DNA of 63,782 bases from Candidatus Dormiibacterota bacterium (GCA_049799515.1 JBARIA010000018.1:1-63782), one strand, 5' to 3'. Counted from the first letter of the stretch, positions 30,604 through 40,481 are shown. A program made the numbers and translations. The notes: generated from the letters alone by a model not told the origin.

Positions 30604-32172
30604 CTACTGGACCATCTGGAACGGTAGGTGGGCCAGGGTCCTGGTCATCACCCCGGAAGGTCCGATGGGAACGATCGGCTTCCAGCTCTCCTGGCCGTGG
30701 TAGGCACTGCCCGCGATGTCCAGATGGACCCACGGCAGGTCACTCGTGAACTGGCGCAGGAAGACCCCACCGTTGATGGAACTGGCCGCCGGGTTTCCCG
30801 AGGTGTTGCACATGTCAGCGATCTGGCAAGTGAGGGCCACGTCGTACTCCGGATAGAGCGGTAGCTCCCAGATCCGCTCGCCGGCCAGGGCGCCGGCTCG
30901 GCGCAGCTGGGCGATCAGCTCCGGGCTGGTTCCCATGGCGATGGTCGCGGCGTAGCCCAGCGTGGTCACCGCCCCGCCGGTAAGGGTGGCCACGTCGACC
31001 AGGTGGGTCGCTCCCCGGTCGGCAGCGAATCCCAGGGCGTCGGCCAGCACCAGCCGCCCCTCGGCATCGGTGTTGTTGATCTCGATGGTCTTGCCGTTCA
31101 TGGCGCTGACCACGTCTCCGGGCTTGATGGCGCCGCCTCCCGGCATGTTCTCGGTGAGGGCCGCCACCGCGATCACCTGGATCGGGGCCTCCATCTGGGC
31201 GATCAGGGCCATGGTTTCGATGACCGCGGCGGCGCCGCTCATGTCCGCCTTCATATCGGACATCCCGGGGTTGGACTTGAGAGAGATGCCGCCGGTGTCA
31301 AAGGTGATTCCCTTCCCGACTAGGGCCAGCACCTTGTCCGACCTGGCCTGGCCCTTGGGGCGATACCGCAGCGACACCAGCTTGGGCGGCTCGTGGGAGC
31401 CTTGGGCCACTGCCAGCAGGGCCCCCATCCCGAGCCTCTCCATGTCTGCGCGGTCCAGCACCTCCAGCTCCAGGCCGCTGTCGGTGGCCACCCGTTCGGC
31501 CTCGGCGGCCAGCTGGGTGGGGGTCAGACGATTGCTGGGCTGCCACTGCAGCACCCGGGACCGGTTGGTCGCCTCCCCCATGTCAGCGCCCTCGGTGAGG
31601 GCATTCGCGATTTCGGGGTCGGTTCCCAGCCCTAGCACCTCCAACTCAGTGATCACGCCCGAATCCTCCCCGGTCTTGAGCTGACCCAGGTGGTAATTGC
31701 CCAGCGCCACGCCCTCGGCGATCGCCCTGGCGATCGCCGCAGGCTCTCCCTGGAGCGGATCTTTGGCAGCCAGCGCATCGATCAGCTCCTGGCCGACCAG
31801 GACTGTCATCCGTTGGCAGAAGCGCCGGGTCTCGCGGACGGTGAACTGAAGGGCGTTGCGAAGTCGGTAGCCGTCCAGCTCTTGAGGACGCCCCAGGCCC
31901 AGGAACACGACCCGAGGAGGGTCGATCTTGCCCATGGTCGCGACCGCGGTGCGCCTGGGAAATGCACCGGTCGCCTCGTGGTCATCGCGCATTCGGCTGA
32001 ACAGGCGGTCCAGCGACTGGTCGATGGCGGCGGCCATCGGTCCCAGCGCCAGCCCCTGGAAGTAGGGCACCACCAGGACGTCGGCCCGGATCTCCTGCAG
32101 GTCGCTGTTCCTAGGCGTCGCTTGCAATCTCGGCCCTCCTAACTGCCCGATTCCATCTCGGACCGCGGCCAT
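30604..32172 (-). CDS. pepA: leucyl aminopeptidase (M17)
   Basis: 522 aa with the M17 signature NTDAEGRLVLADAL and GKGITFDTGG. Confidence 0.95.
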   Translation of the reverse strand: MAAVRDGIGQLGGPRLQATPRNSDLQEIRADVLVVPYFQGLALGPMAAAIDQSLDRLFSRMRDDHEATGAFPRRTAVATMGKIDPPRVVFLGLGRPQELDGYRLRNALQFTVRETRRFCQRMTVLVGQELIDALAAKDPLQGEPAAIARAIAEGVALGNYHLGQLKTGEDSGVITELEVLGLGTDPEIANALTEGADMGEATNRSRVLQWQPSNRLTPTQLAAEAERVATDSGLELEVLDRADMERLGMGALLAVAQGSHEPPKLVSLRYRPKGQARSDKVLALVGKGITFDTGGISLKSNPGMSDMKADMSGAAAVIETMALIAQMEAPIQVIAVAALTENMPGGGAIKPGDVVSAMNGKTIEINNTDAEGRLVLADALGFAADRGATHLVDVATLTGGAVTTLGYAATIAMGTSPELIAQLRRAGALAGERIWELPLYPEYDVALTCQIADMCNTSGNPAASSINGGVFLRQFTSDLPWVHLDIAGSAYHGQESWKPIVPIGPSGVMTRTLAHLPFQMVQ

Positions 32173-32214
32173 GGCTGCGGCGTGCTCATCTCCCCAGTTG
32201 GCCCGGGCTGGGAC

Positions 32215-32442
32215 TCAGTGATGGGGGTCGAAGCGCACCTGCCGCAGGTTCGGGATCCACTTACGTAGCGCCGTCTCGAGCTCTCTGAGCACTCCGGGGG
32301 TGAGCACCACCACGAAGTTGGAGCTCGGATGCGCCTGCACCACCACCTCTCCCGGCCGTGGTTGAGTGACCAGCAGGCTGTCGCTGGCGGGGCCGGAGGC
32401 GATCAAGCCCCTCACCCGCGCCGTCAATTCCGAATCGGTCAC
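32215..32442 (-). CDS. hypothetical small protein
   Basis: 75 aa from GVG... correction: from GTG at 32442 (VTDSELTARVRGLIASG...VVVLTPGVLRELETALRKWIPNLRQVRFDPHH). The longer track start at 32505 would overlap the queG start. Confidence 0.4.
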   Translation of the reverse strand: MTDSELTARVRGLIASGPASDSLLVTQPRPGEVVVQAHPSSNFVVVLTPGVLRELETALRKWIPNLRQVRFDPHH

Positions 32443-32474
32443 CGGCGAATCATGGCAAAGCCGAGCCGGACAAT

Positions 32475-33731
32475 GTGGGTATGCCCTCCAGCACCAGCCC
32501 CGCAAGGGCCTTGGCCACCCGCCTCTCGCCCCGCGAGCTGCTCGAGATCGAGGCCCACCGCCAGGGGTTCAGCGAGGTGCGGGTGACCGACCTGGCGCCC
32601 TTCGACCAGGCCGCGGAGCGGGCCCGGCGGGCCCTGGCCGCGGGGCGGCTCCGGGGTATGCCCTGGTACACCGAGGAGCGGATCAACCAGGCGGCCGACC
32701 TCGGGCGGCGGTTCCCCTGGGGCCGGAGCCTGGTCGCCCTCAGCTATCCCTACCAGCCGGCCGCCCGGCCTCGCAGCGCTCTGACCAGCTCTGCTGCCAG
32801 GCCAGGACGGCCCCGGGGCAGGATCGCCGGCTACGCCCTCGGCGAGGACTACCACCGCCGCCTCGACTGGGCTCTGCGCCAGTTGGTCGACCGGCTCGCA
32901 GCCCCGCCGACCCGGCTGCGCTGGCACCGTTTCGTCGACCACGGACGGGCGCTCGACCGGGCGATCGCCGAGCGGGCGGGGCTGGGCTTCTGCGGCAAGC
33001 ACACCCAGCTGATCACGGAGCGGGGAGGCTCCTACGTGCTGCTGGCGTCCCTGGTCCTGAGCCTGGAGCTGGCACCCGACCGACCCTCAAGGCGGAACTG
33101 CGGGAGCTGCCAGGCCTGTCTGCCCAGCTGCCCCACCGGAGCCCTTTTGGCCCCCGGAGTGATAGACGCGCCACGATGCATCAGCTACCTGACTATCGAA
33201 CACAGTGGCCCGATCCCAAAGCAGCTCAGACCCCTGATGGGCGGCTGGGTCTTCGGCTGCGACCTCTGTCAGGAAGCCTGCCCGATCAACGGTCGGCTCA
33301 GCCCCGAGCCGGTCCGCCCGGGCAGTTCCTCCACCGCCAAGGGCCCAGTTCCCTTCCCCGACCTGGTCGAGCTGCTGACGCTTTCGGAGCAATCCTTCCG
33401 GGCCCGATTCGGCGCCACCACCATGCGGCGCAGCGGCCGGGAGCGGCTGGCCAGGAATGCGGCGGTGGCCCTGGGGAACAGCGGCCAGCGGTCGGTGGTC
33501 CCAGCCCTGGCACGGGTGGTGACCGAGGACCCCTCGGCGCTGGTCCGGGGTGCCAGCGCCTGGGCCCTGGGCCGGCTGGGCGGGGGGGCAGCCACCACCG
33601 AGCTGACCCGGGCGCTGGCCGAGGAAGCCGATCCGGAGGTGATGACCGAGATCGAGGATGCCCTCCAGGAGCTCGCTGGGAAGCGGGAATCGGCCCCGCG
33701 GGGACTGTATCCGCTCGCCCATTCGGCATAA
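32475..33731 (+). CDS. queG: tRNA epoxyqueuosine(34) reductase
   Basis: CGSCQACLPSCPTGAL and GCDLCQEACPIN 4Fe-4S motifs, CISYLTIE, and a C-terminal HEAT-like VRGASAWALGRLGG. Confidence 0.9.
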   Translation: MGMPSSTSPARALATRLSPRELLEIEAHRQGFSEVRVTDLAPFDQAAERARRALAAGRLRGMPWYTEERINQAADLGRRFPWGRSLVALSYPYQPAARPRSALTSSAARPGRPRGRIAGYALGEDYHRRLDWALRQLVDRLAAPPTRLRWHRFVDHGRALDRAIAERAGLGFCGKHTQLITERGGSYVLLASLVLSLELAPDRPSRRNCGSCQACLPSCPTGALLAPGVIDAPRCISYLTIEHSGPIPKQLRPLMGGWVFGCDLCQEACPINGRLSPEPVRPGSSSTAKGPVPFPDLVELLTLSEQSFRARFGATTMRRSGRERLARNAAVALGNSGQRSVVPALARVVTEDPSALVRGASAWALGRLGGGAATTELTRALAEEADPEVMTEIEDALQELAGKRESAPRGLYPLAHSA

Positions 33732-33739
33732 TCGCGGCG

Positions 33740-34075
33740 GTGGCTGGCTTTGCCCCGGTCTGCGCGGCGATCGACATCCCCCAGGGAACTGGGCGGGTGG
33801 TCGATGCCGACGGCATTGAGGTGGCCATCTTCCATGTAGACGGGGTCTTCCACGCGCTCGAGAACAGCTGCGCCAGCGGCGGATCGATCGGCGAGGGACA
33901 GCTGCGGGGACACGTGGTCACCTGCCCCCTGGACGGCGAGACCTACGACGTCCGAACCGGCATCTCCCCGATCTCGGATGCCATCTTCGTCAAGCACTTC
34001 GATGTGCAGCTCGACAGCAGCGGCAACGTGCTGGTGCGGATGGAGCCCACCGAGGACGAGGATGAGGAACTCTGA
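33740..34075 (+). CDS. Rieske-fold / NirD-like small protein lacking the cluster histidines
   Basis: In-frame GTG at 33740 within the tail of the 32366..34075 shadow ORF. VAGFAPVCAAIDIPQGTGRVV...VAIFHVDGVFHALENSCASGG...VVTCPLDGETYDV follows the Rieske/NirD pattern, but CxH is CAS and CxxH is CPLD. Confidence 0.7.
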   Translation: MAGFAPVCAAIDIPQGTGRVVDADGIEVAIFHVDGVFHALENSCASGGSIGEGQLRGHVVTCPLDGETYDVRTGISPISDAIFVKHFDVQLDSSGNVLVRMEPTEDEDEEL

Positions 34076-35034
34076 AGGGGCGCCTGGCCGCGATCGATGT
34101 TGGCTCCAACACTGCCCATCTGCTGGTCGCCACTGTCGGCGCTCAGGGGACTAGCCAGCGTCGCCACGCGGTCCATCTGCTGGGGCTCGGCCGCCAGGTG
34201 GCCACCACCGGCGAGCTCGGTCCGGAGCTGCTTCGGCGAACCGCGGATCTGGTGGGTCAGCTGATTGAGCAGGCTCGCCAGGGAGGTGCCGAGCGGATCG
34301 GAGTGGTCGGAACCGACGCGCTCCGCAACGCCGCCGACGGAGCCGCCCTAGCCGACCGGATCCGGCAGCAGAGCCGGCAGCAGCTGAGAATCCTGACCGG
34401 GGAGACCGAGGCGCGGCTCAGCTATCTGGGCGGGACCGCGTATTGGGTCCCCTCCGGAGAGCCTGCCACCGTGGTCGACGTGGGTGGCGGCAGCACGGAG
34501 GTGGTCCACGGTCTGGGGAGCCGGCCGGTGAACGGGACCAGCCTGAAGATGGGCTCCGACCGGATCCTCCTGGGTATCAAGGCCGCGGACCCGCCGACGG
34601 CCCGCCAGCGGGCGGACGCCGAGCTGCGGATCTCGATGATGCTGGAGGGTGCCCCCGATGCGGCCCAGAAGGGAATGCTGATCGCCAACGGGGGCACCGC
34701 CTCCAACCTGCCGGTGCTGCTCGGGGCGTGGCGGCCCTTGCCGGACTCCAAGGAGGCTCTCCGGGATGAGGGACCCCGAGAGCCCTGGTTCACCCTCAAC
34801 CGGGACAACATCGATCAGGCGGTCCATCTCACCGCCACCCACTCCAGCGCCGAGGTCGCCAGGCGCACCGGGCTCAGCCCGGCTCGCGCCCGCCTGATGG
34901 CCGGCGGGGTACTGATCCTGCTGGGGCTGCTGGAGCGCTACCAGGCTACCGAGTTGGTGGTCACCGAGCGGGGGCTGCGGGACGGGGTTCTGCTCCGGCT
35001 GGCCGCGGCCAGCGCCCGCCCTCGCCGAGCCTGA
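34072..35034 (+). CDS. Ppx/GppA family phosphatase
   Basis: The ASKHA phosphate-1 motif LAAIDVGSNTAHLLV (34084-34128) lies upstream of the first canonical start (GTG 34198). The frame opens after TGA 34063-34065, so CTG 34072 is taken as the start. Downstream motifs: VVGTDALRNA and VVDVGGGSTE. Confidence 0.75.
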   Translation: MKGRLAAIDVGSNTAHLLVATVGAQGTSQRRHAVHLLGLGRQVATTGELGPELLRRTADLVGQLIEQARQGGAERIGVVGTDALRNAADGAALADRIRQQSRQQLRILTGETEARLSYLGGTAYWVPSGEPATVVDVGGGSTEVVHGLGSRPVNGTSLKMGSDRILLGIKAADPPTARQRADAELRISMMLEGAPDAAQKGMLIANGGTASNLPVLLGAWRPLPDSKEALRDEGPREPWFTLNRDNIDQAVHLTATHSSAEVARRTGLSPARARLMAGGVLILLGLLERYQATELVVTERGLRDGVLLRLAAASARPRRA

Positions 35035-35087
35035 CCACCGATCCGCTCCAAGACCGGGGTCGCCGCAGGTTGCCCTAAGCTGGACTG

Positions 35088-35777
35088 GTGCCGGTCTTCG
35101 ACTTTCACACCCACACCACCATCTCCGACGGCCATGCGGACGCGATGGAGATGGCCCGGCGGTGCCAGAAGAACGGCTATGCCGCCTACGTCTGCAGCGA
35201 CCATGTCGACGAGGGCTCGGTGGGTGGCCGGGTCCCGGAAATCGTGGAGGCCTGCCGCCGAGTGGCGGAGGAACTGGGGATCAGCGCCATCCCCGCGGTC
35301 GAGGTGACTCGGGTCGCGCCGGAACGGGTCGCCAAGGTGGCCGCCAAGGCCCGCTCTCTGGGAGCTCTGCTGGTGGTGGTCCACGGTGAGACCCTGGGCG
35401 ACTTCCCCCAGCCGGGACTGAACCTGGCCGCCACCCGCTGCAGCGACGTGGACATCCTGGGTCACCCCGGGCTGATCTCCCACGAGGCCGCCGAGCAGGC
35501 CCGGATCAACCAGATACACCTGGAGATCAGCGCCTCAGGGCTGCACGGGCTGACCAACGGCCACGTCGCCAAGGTGGCCCTGGAGGTGGGCGCCGCCCTG
35601 GTGCTGGACTCGGACGCCCACCGCCCGGAGGGGCTGCTCACCCCCGAGCGCGCCCAGCAGGTGCTGGCGGGCAGCGGCCTCACCCTAGAGGGGGTGGCGA
35701 AGGTCGCCGAATGGGCCCCCTTTTCGGTCCTCAACAGAAGGGGCATCCCCTTCCCCCTGGAGCCTAGCGCGCCCTAA
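35088..35777 (+). CDS. PHP domain phosphoesterase
   Basis: FDFHTHTTISDGH at the N-terminus, VVHGE and LDSDAHRPEG later: the PHP metal-binding pattern. Confidence 0.8.
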   Translation: MPVFDFHTHTTISDGHADAMEMARRCQKNGYAAYVCSDHVDEGSVGGRVPEIVEACRRVAEELGISAIPAVEVTRVAPERVAKVAAKARSLGALLVVVHGETLGDFPQPGLNLAATRCSDVDILGHPGLISHEAAEQARINQIHLEISASGLHGLTNGHVAKVALEVGAALVLDSDAHRPEGLLTPERAQQVLAGSGLTLEGVAKVAEWAPFSVLNRRGIPFPLEPSAP

Positions 35778-35787
35778 TTCGCCCCGA

Positions 35788-36459
35788 CTACGGGGTGGGC
35801 GGCCCAGGCTTAGCGGTGGGCGTCGATCCGGGCGTCGGTCCGGTGGTCGGGGTCGGGATCGGGGTGGCGGTGGGAGTGGGGGTGACGTTGGGTAGGGGGG
35901 TCAGGGAGCCGCTCGGGGTATTGGTGGGCACCGTCTCGATGTCCTGGAGGTTCACCACCACCAGGGTTCCCTTGGGCCCCGCACTGAAGGTGACGATGAC
36001 CGCCTCACCGGAGATGAGATCACCGAGGGTGGTCGCGACGCCCCCTCTGGTCAGGACCGACTTGGCAGTCACGGTCGCCTGAACCGGTTCACCCCCGGCC
36101 GGCTGGATCGCGATCAGGTTCTGATCCAACCAGAGGCCGACGATGGTGCCGTCGATCGGCTGCCCTACCAGCGAATTGATCGAGGACGGGGAGGCCTTGG
36201 GGGAGGTGGCGACGGCCGCGTGACCGTTGCCCGGGCTGTTGCCGACGGCGAAGATGGTGAGCGAGGCGATGCCCAGCCCCACCCCCAGCACTGACAGGGA
36301 AATGATCGCGAAGAAGATCAGCGCCAGCAGGCCGTGGCCGTGGAAGCCGATGAAGTTATGGCGGTCCCGCAGGTGCCGCCCGGCCCTCAGCCGGGGGACC
36401 TTCCGCCGCACCGCCTTACCCCTGGGCAGCTGAGTCTCCGCCAATTCGCCTCCTCGCAA
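35788..36459 (-). CDS. hypothetical membrane-anchored protein with Pro/Thr-rich C-terminus
   Basis: 223 aa with one hydrophobic anchor (LLALIFFAIISLSVLGVGLGIASLTIFAV), a beta-rich middle and a TPTPTATPIPTPTTGPTPGSTPTAKPGPPTP tail. Confidence 0.55.
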   Translation of the reverse strand: MRGGELAETQLPRGKAVRRKVPRLRAGRHLRDRHNFIGFHGHGLLALIFFAIISLSVLGVGLGIASLTIFAVGNSPGNGHAAVATSPKASPSSINSLVGQPIDGTIVGLWLDQNLIAIQPAGGEPVQATVTAKSVLTRGGVATTLGDLISGEAVIVTFSAGPKGTLVVVNLQDIETVPTNTPSGSLTPLPNVTPTPTATPIPTPTTGPTPGSTPTAKPGPPTP

Positions 36460-36565
36460 TCCGGCCCGCCCGGTGAGCGCCCTCCGCGCTGTCGACTGAC
36501 CCGGCCGGAGTATAGGGGACCACCCGAGATCGGCCGAGAGGGCTCGGTATCATCAACTGCCACCC

Positions 36566-38980
36566 ATGACCTCCACCTACGATCACGGCGCCATCGAGGC
36601 CAAGTGGCAGTCTCGCTGGCAGGAAACCGGCCTCTACCAGATGGATTTGGAGTTGGTTCCCCGTCCCTACTACAACCTCATGATGTTCCCCTATCCGTCG
36701 GCGGAGGGGCTGCACGTGGGCAACATGTTCGCCTTCTCCGGCGCCGACGCCCACGGCCGCTTCGAGCGCATGCAGGGCTTTGACGTCTTCGAGCCGATCG
36801 GCTTCGACGCCTTCGGAATCCACAGTGAGAACTTCGCGCTCAAGACCGGTCGGCATCCCACGGAGCTGATCGCCAACAACGTGGTTCATTTCCGCGAGCA
36901 GCTGAAGCGGCTGGGGGCCCAGTTTGATTGGACCAAGACGGTCGAGACCACCGACCCCGCCTACTACCGCTGGACCCAGTGGCTGTTCCTCACGCTCTGG
37001 AAGGGTGGCTTTGCTTACCGGGCGCGGCGCAACGTCAAGTGGTGCCCGGTGGACCTGACCGTCCTCGCCGATGAGCAGGTGCTGGCGGACGGCACCTGCG
37101 AGCGCTGCGGAGCGGTGGTCACCGAGCGGGAGCTGGAGCAGTGGTTCCTGCGGATCACCGCCTTCACCGACCGATTGCTGGCGGATCTCGACGATCTCAA
37201 CTGGTCGGAGAGCACCAAGCTGCTGCAGCGGCACTGGATCGGCCGCAGCCAGGGAGCGCTGATCGACTTCCCCATCGCGGGCGAGGACCCGCTGCGGGTC
37301 TTCTCGACCCGGCCCGACACCCTCTTCGGCGCCACCTTCATGGTGCTGGCCCCGGATCACCCGAGGACCCTGGAGCTGACGGCGCCGGAGAACCTGCCCG
37401 AGGTGGCCGCCTTCGCGGCAGAGGCGGCTCGGCGGCGGATCGCCGGCCAGCGCGAGGATGAGAACTCCACCAATGGCATCTCCCTCGGCCGTGACGCGCT
37501 CAATCCGCTGACCGGCGAGCGGATCCCGCTCTTCACTGCCGAGTACGTTCTCTCCGGCTACGGCACCGGCGCGATCATGGCCGTCCCCGCCCACGACCAG
37601 CGCGACCACGCGTTCGCCCTCCAGCACCACCTCCCCATCGTCGAGGTCGTCTCCGGCCGAGAGACAGACGGGGGGGCCCACGGCGGTTCCGGGGTATTGG
37701 TCAACAGCGGCCACTTCGACGGGCTGAAGGCTCCCGATCCCGCTCGCGAGCTGGTCACCGCTGCTTTGGTCGAGGCCGGTTTGGGGCAGCCCCATGTGAC
37801 CTACAAGCTCCGGGACTGGGGCATCTCCCGCCAGCGCTACTGGGGCCCGCCAATTCCAGCCATCCACTGCCCCAAGTGCGGAGTGGTCCCGGTGCCTGAA
37901 GAGGACCTTCCGGTTCTACTGCCCTACATCGAGGACTTCCGGCCGCTCGGCACCGGCGACTCACCGTTGGCCCGCGATCCCAACTTTCTCAACACCACCT
38001 GCCCCAACTGCGGTGGTCCGGCCCAGCGGGAGACCGACGTATCCGATACCTTTTTGGACAGTTCGTGGTACTTCCTGCGCTATCCTTCGGTGGGCCGCGA
38101 CGACGTCCCGTTCGACCGCGAGCTGACCCGCAAGTGGCTGCCGGTGACCTATTACGACGGCGGCAACGAGCACGCAGTCCTCCATCTTCTGTACTCGCGC
38201 TTTGTGACCATGGCCCTGCACCAGCTGGGCTATCTCGATTTCGACGAACCCTTCACCCAGTTCCGGGCCCACGGGACAATCGTGAAAGCGGGCGCCAAGA
38301 TGTCGAAATCCCGCGGCAATGTGGTGGTGCCCGACGAATACATTGCCCACTTTGGGGCCGACGCTTTCCGTCTCTACCTGCTGTACCTGGGCCCCTATCA
38401 CGAAACCCTCAACTTCGTGGACACCGGAATCAACGGTCCGTTCCGCTTCCTCAGCCAGCTCCTGCGTCTGCTCGACCGGGTGGAGCCAGACGGCGGTGCC
38501 CAAGAGCCCACCGAGCTGGCCAGAGCGCGCCATCGCTGCATCCACCAGGTCACCTTGGACACCCCGGAATGCAAGTACAACACGGCGATCGCGGCGATGA
38601 TGATCTTCGTCAAGCGACTGCGCGAGCACCAGGGCGCCATCCCCCAGGTTGCCATGGAAACGCTGGCGCTTTTGCTGGCTCCCTACTGCCCCCACCTGGC
38701 CGAGGAGATCTGGGAGCGCTTGGGTCACGAGTACTCGGTGCACCAGCAACCGTGGCCCCTCGCCGACCCTTCTTTGATCGTCGACGAGCAGGTGGTGGTG
38801 GTGGTCTGCATCAACGGCAAGAAGCGTGACCAGCTGCTGGTGGCGGCCGGCACCGACGCCGCCACCCTGGAGCAGTCGGCCCTGGCACTGCCCCGGATCC
38901 AACAGTGGTTGGCTGGCCGGTCGCCGGAGCGGGTATTCGTGGTGCCCGACCGCCAGGTCAACCTGGTGCTGGCCGCCTAG
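36566..38980 (+). CDS. leuS: leucine--tRNA ligase
   Basis: 804 aa. A class I HIGH-type motif (AEGLHVGN) and KMSKS present verbatim, with a CP1 editing domain. Confidence 0.97.
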   Translation: MTSTYDHGAIEAKWQSRWQETGLYQMDLELVPRPYYNLMMFPYPSAEGLHVGNMFAFSGADAHGRFERMQGFDVFEPIGFDAFGIHSENFALKTGRHPTELIANNVVHFREQLKRLGAQFDWTKTVETTDPAYYRWTQWLFLTLWKGGFAYRARRNVKWCPVDLTVLADEQVLADGTCERCGAVVTERELEQWFLRITAFTDRLLADLDDLNWSESTKLLQRHWIGRSQGALIDFPIAGEDPLRVFSTRPDTLFGATFMVLAPDHPRTLELTAPENLPEVAAFAAEAARRRIAGQREDENSTNGISLGRDALNPLTGERIPLFTAEYVLSGYGTGAIMAVPAHDQRDHAFALQHHLPIVEVVSGRETDGGAHGGSGVLVNSGHFDGLKAPDPARELVTAALVEAGLGQPHVTYKLRDWGISRQRYWGPPIPAIHCPKCGVVPVPEEDLPVLLPYIEDFRPLGTGDSPLARDPNFLNTTCPNCGGPAQRETDVSDTFLDSSWYFLRYPSVGRDDVPFDRELTRKWLPVTYYDGGNEHAVLHLLYSRFVTMALHQLGYLDFDEPFTQFRAHGTIVKAGAKMSKSRGNVVVPDEYIAHFGADAFRLYLLYLGPYHETLNFVDTGINGPFRFLSQLLRLLDRVEPDGGAQEPTELARARHRCIHQVTLDTPECKYNTAIAAMMIFVKRLREHQGAIPQVAMETLALLLAPYCPHLAEEIWERLGHEYSVHQQPWPLADPSLIVDEQVVVVVCINGKKRDQLLVAAGTDAATLEQSALALPRIQQWLAGRSPERVFVVPDRQVNLVLAA

Positions 38981-39797
38981 TCGGACCCTGGACGCGCTGG
39001 CGGCGATAGCCCCGGATCAGCCCCGCCTCCACCGCGACCCTCCAGTACCCGTGTAGCTGGACCTCCCGCTCTACCAGAGCGCTGACAGCCTCAATCTGCT
39101 GGGAGCTGAGGCGGGGTCCCGGCAGAGAGCCCAGGTAGGCGACCACCGCCTGGACATCGGTGATCCTGAGCTCCTCGGGGTGACGTTTCACGATCAGGCT
39201 GGCGAAAATGGCCTGAAGTTGGGGCGGTCCGGTGACCAGGTTGAAGGCGGCCGCTGGATGGGTTCGGGGGCCTGCCAGCGTGCCGATCTGAGTTTGGAGT
39301 TTGCGGAACTGGCTGAGGTGATTCGGGCCATTGGTGGCGGCGATGAGGACCCCTCGGGGAGCCAGGACCCGATGGACCTCGGAGAGCGCAAGCTGGAGCT
39401 GGGGGACGTGGTAGAGCATGTGGTTGGCGATTACCGCTTCGAAGTTGCCGTCGGCGAACGGCAGCGCCTCCACTCGCGCGACCGCGAAGCGAAAGGTGGG
39501 GTCCGGGGCTAGCTCAACCTCCGCCTCCGCCAGCATCCCCGGCGAGCGATCGGTCACAGTCACCCGCCAGCCCGGGAGCATCCGTTCCCGGTTCTCCACC
39601 CACAGCCTTCCGGATCCGCCACCAACCTCCAGGATTCGGGCGCCCTCCGGCAACCGAAGCTGGTCGAAGACCCACGCCTGCCACGTTCGCCGAGCGGTGC
39701 CGAATCGGCGATAGAGATCCTGCCGGGCACCCAGGTTGGTCCCGTCTCGGTACTGGCCGACCACCTCCGCCTCAGTACTGGCATCTGCCATGCTCAC
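38958..39797 (-). CDS. class I SAM-dependent methyltransferase
   Basis: ILEVGGGSGRLW motif I. 279 aa. Convergent 23-nt overlap with the leuS end. Confidence 0.85.
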   Translation of the reverse strand: MSMADASTEAEVVGQYRDGTNLGARQDLYRRFGTARRTWQAWVFDQLRLPEGARILEVGGGSGRLWVENRERMLPGWRVTVTDRSPGMLAEAEVELAPDPTFRFAVARVEALPFADGNFEAVIANHMLYHVPQLQLALSEVHRVLAPRGVLIAATNGPNHLSQFRKLQTQIGTLAGPRTHPAAAFNLVTGPPQLQAIFASLIVKRHPEELRITDVQAVVAYLGSLPGPRLSSQQIEAVSALVEREVQLHGYWRVAVEAGLIRGYRRQRVQGPTRRPAPG

Positions 39798-39834
39798 AAC
39801 CCAGCCTAGAGTGGGGTGCCTATTCTTGGCCAGG

Positions 39835-39873
39835 CGGCCCGAAGCTCAGGTGGTTGGAGCAGGGTTCTTATAA
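39835..39873 (+). repeat. pseudo-tRNA: copy of nucleotides 1-39 of tRNA-Ile (att-type direct repeat)
   Basis: CGGCCCGAAGCTCAGGTGGTTGGAGCAGGGTTCTTATAA versus 40801-40839 CGGCCCGTAGCTCAGCTGGTTAGAGCGGGGTTCTTATAA: 35 of 39 identical. Identity starts at tRNA nt 1 and ends right after the anticodon loop. Confidence 0.85.
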
Positions 39874-40242
39874 CTCTCCGGGAGTCGCCATTCCTAGATC
39901 AATTGGCGCTGCCGACCCGGACCAACCGCCGAGATGGGAACTCGCAAGATAGGTGCAGGAGTGGTGCACTTCAAGCGAGGCGACTCCAACCGCCCCAGCC
40001 AAAGCCTTTGGGGCATCTTTCTGGGCATCGGTCAGCAGGTGGCCGTAAGTATCGACCGTGATGGCACTGGTTGAAGGCCCTAACGACTTGCTAACCATCG
40101 GAATAGGTACCCGGCGCCCCAACTGAAGGGTGGCATAGCAGTGACGCAAATCTCGGAAGGTGAGCCACGGTAAACCAGCCTTGGTGACCCGCGCCTGTAG
40201 CTCAGGCGTGATGAACGAAGATTGTAAGTCGGCGGGGCAAGA
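39868..40242 (-). pseudogene. tyrosine recombinase (phage integrase family) C-terminal fragment
   Basis: Own translation of the open frame: ...ITPELQARVTKAGLPWLTFRDLRHCYATLQLGRRVPIPMVSKSLGPSTSAITVDTYGHLL... This is box II with the catalytic Tyr, but with RDLRH in place of HxLRH and LGP in place of LGH. The frame is closed by TAG at 40243-40245, so the N-terminal two thirds are missing. The stop codon lies inside the repeat. Confidence 0.75.
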
Positions 40243-40313
40243 CTAAGCACAAGCGCCAGGAACGTGGCCAGCAAAAGAATTAGGAGAGGTCAACCCGCGC
40301 TATTGCGCCTTTT

Positions 40314-40481
40314 TCATCGCCGTCGGAGGAACATCCAGTAGAAAGCCCCGAACACCAAGACAATGCCAACATTCACTGTCAGCCGCTCCCAGAAGCGATT
40401 TCTGAAAAATGCGAGATCTACACCCACTATGACGGCTGCCATCACCACCACGTAGAGGACGACGCCTACGTTTTTGCCCAT
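40314..40481 (-). CDS. 55-aa two-helix membrane mini-protein (islet cargo)
   Basis: Own translation: MGKNVGVVLYVVVMAAVIVGVDLAFFRNRFWERLTVNVGIVLVFGAFYWMFLRRR. AGAGG lies about 10 nt upstream. Below the ORF-track length cutoff. Confidence 0.35.
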   Translation of the reverse strand: MGKNVGVVLYVVVMAAVIVGVDLAFFRNRFWERLTVNVGIVLVFGAFYWMFLRRR

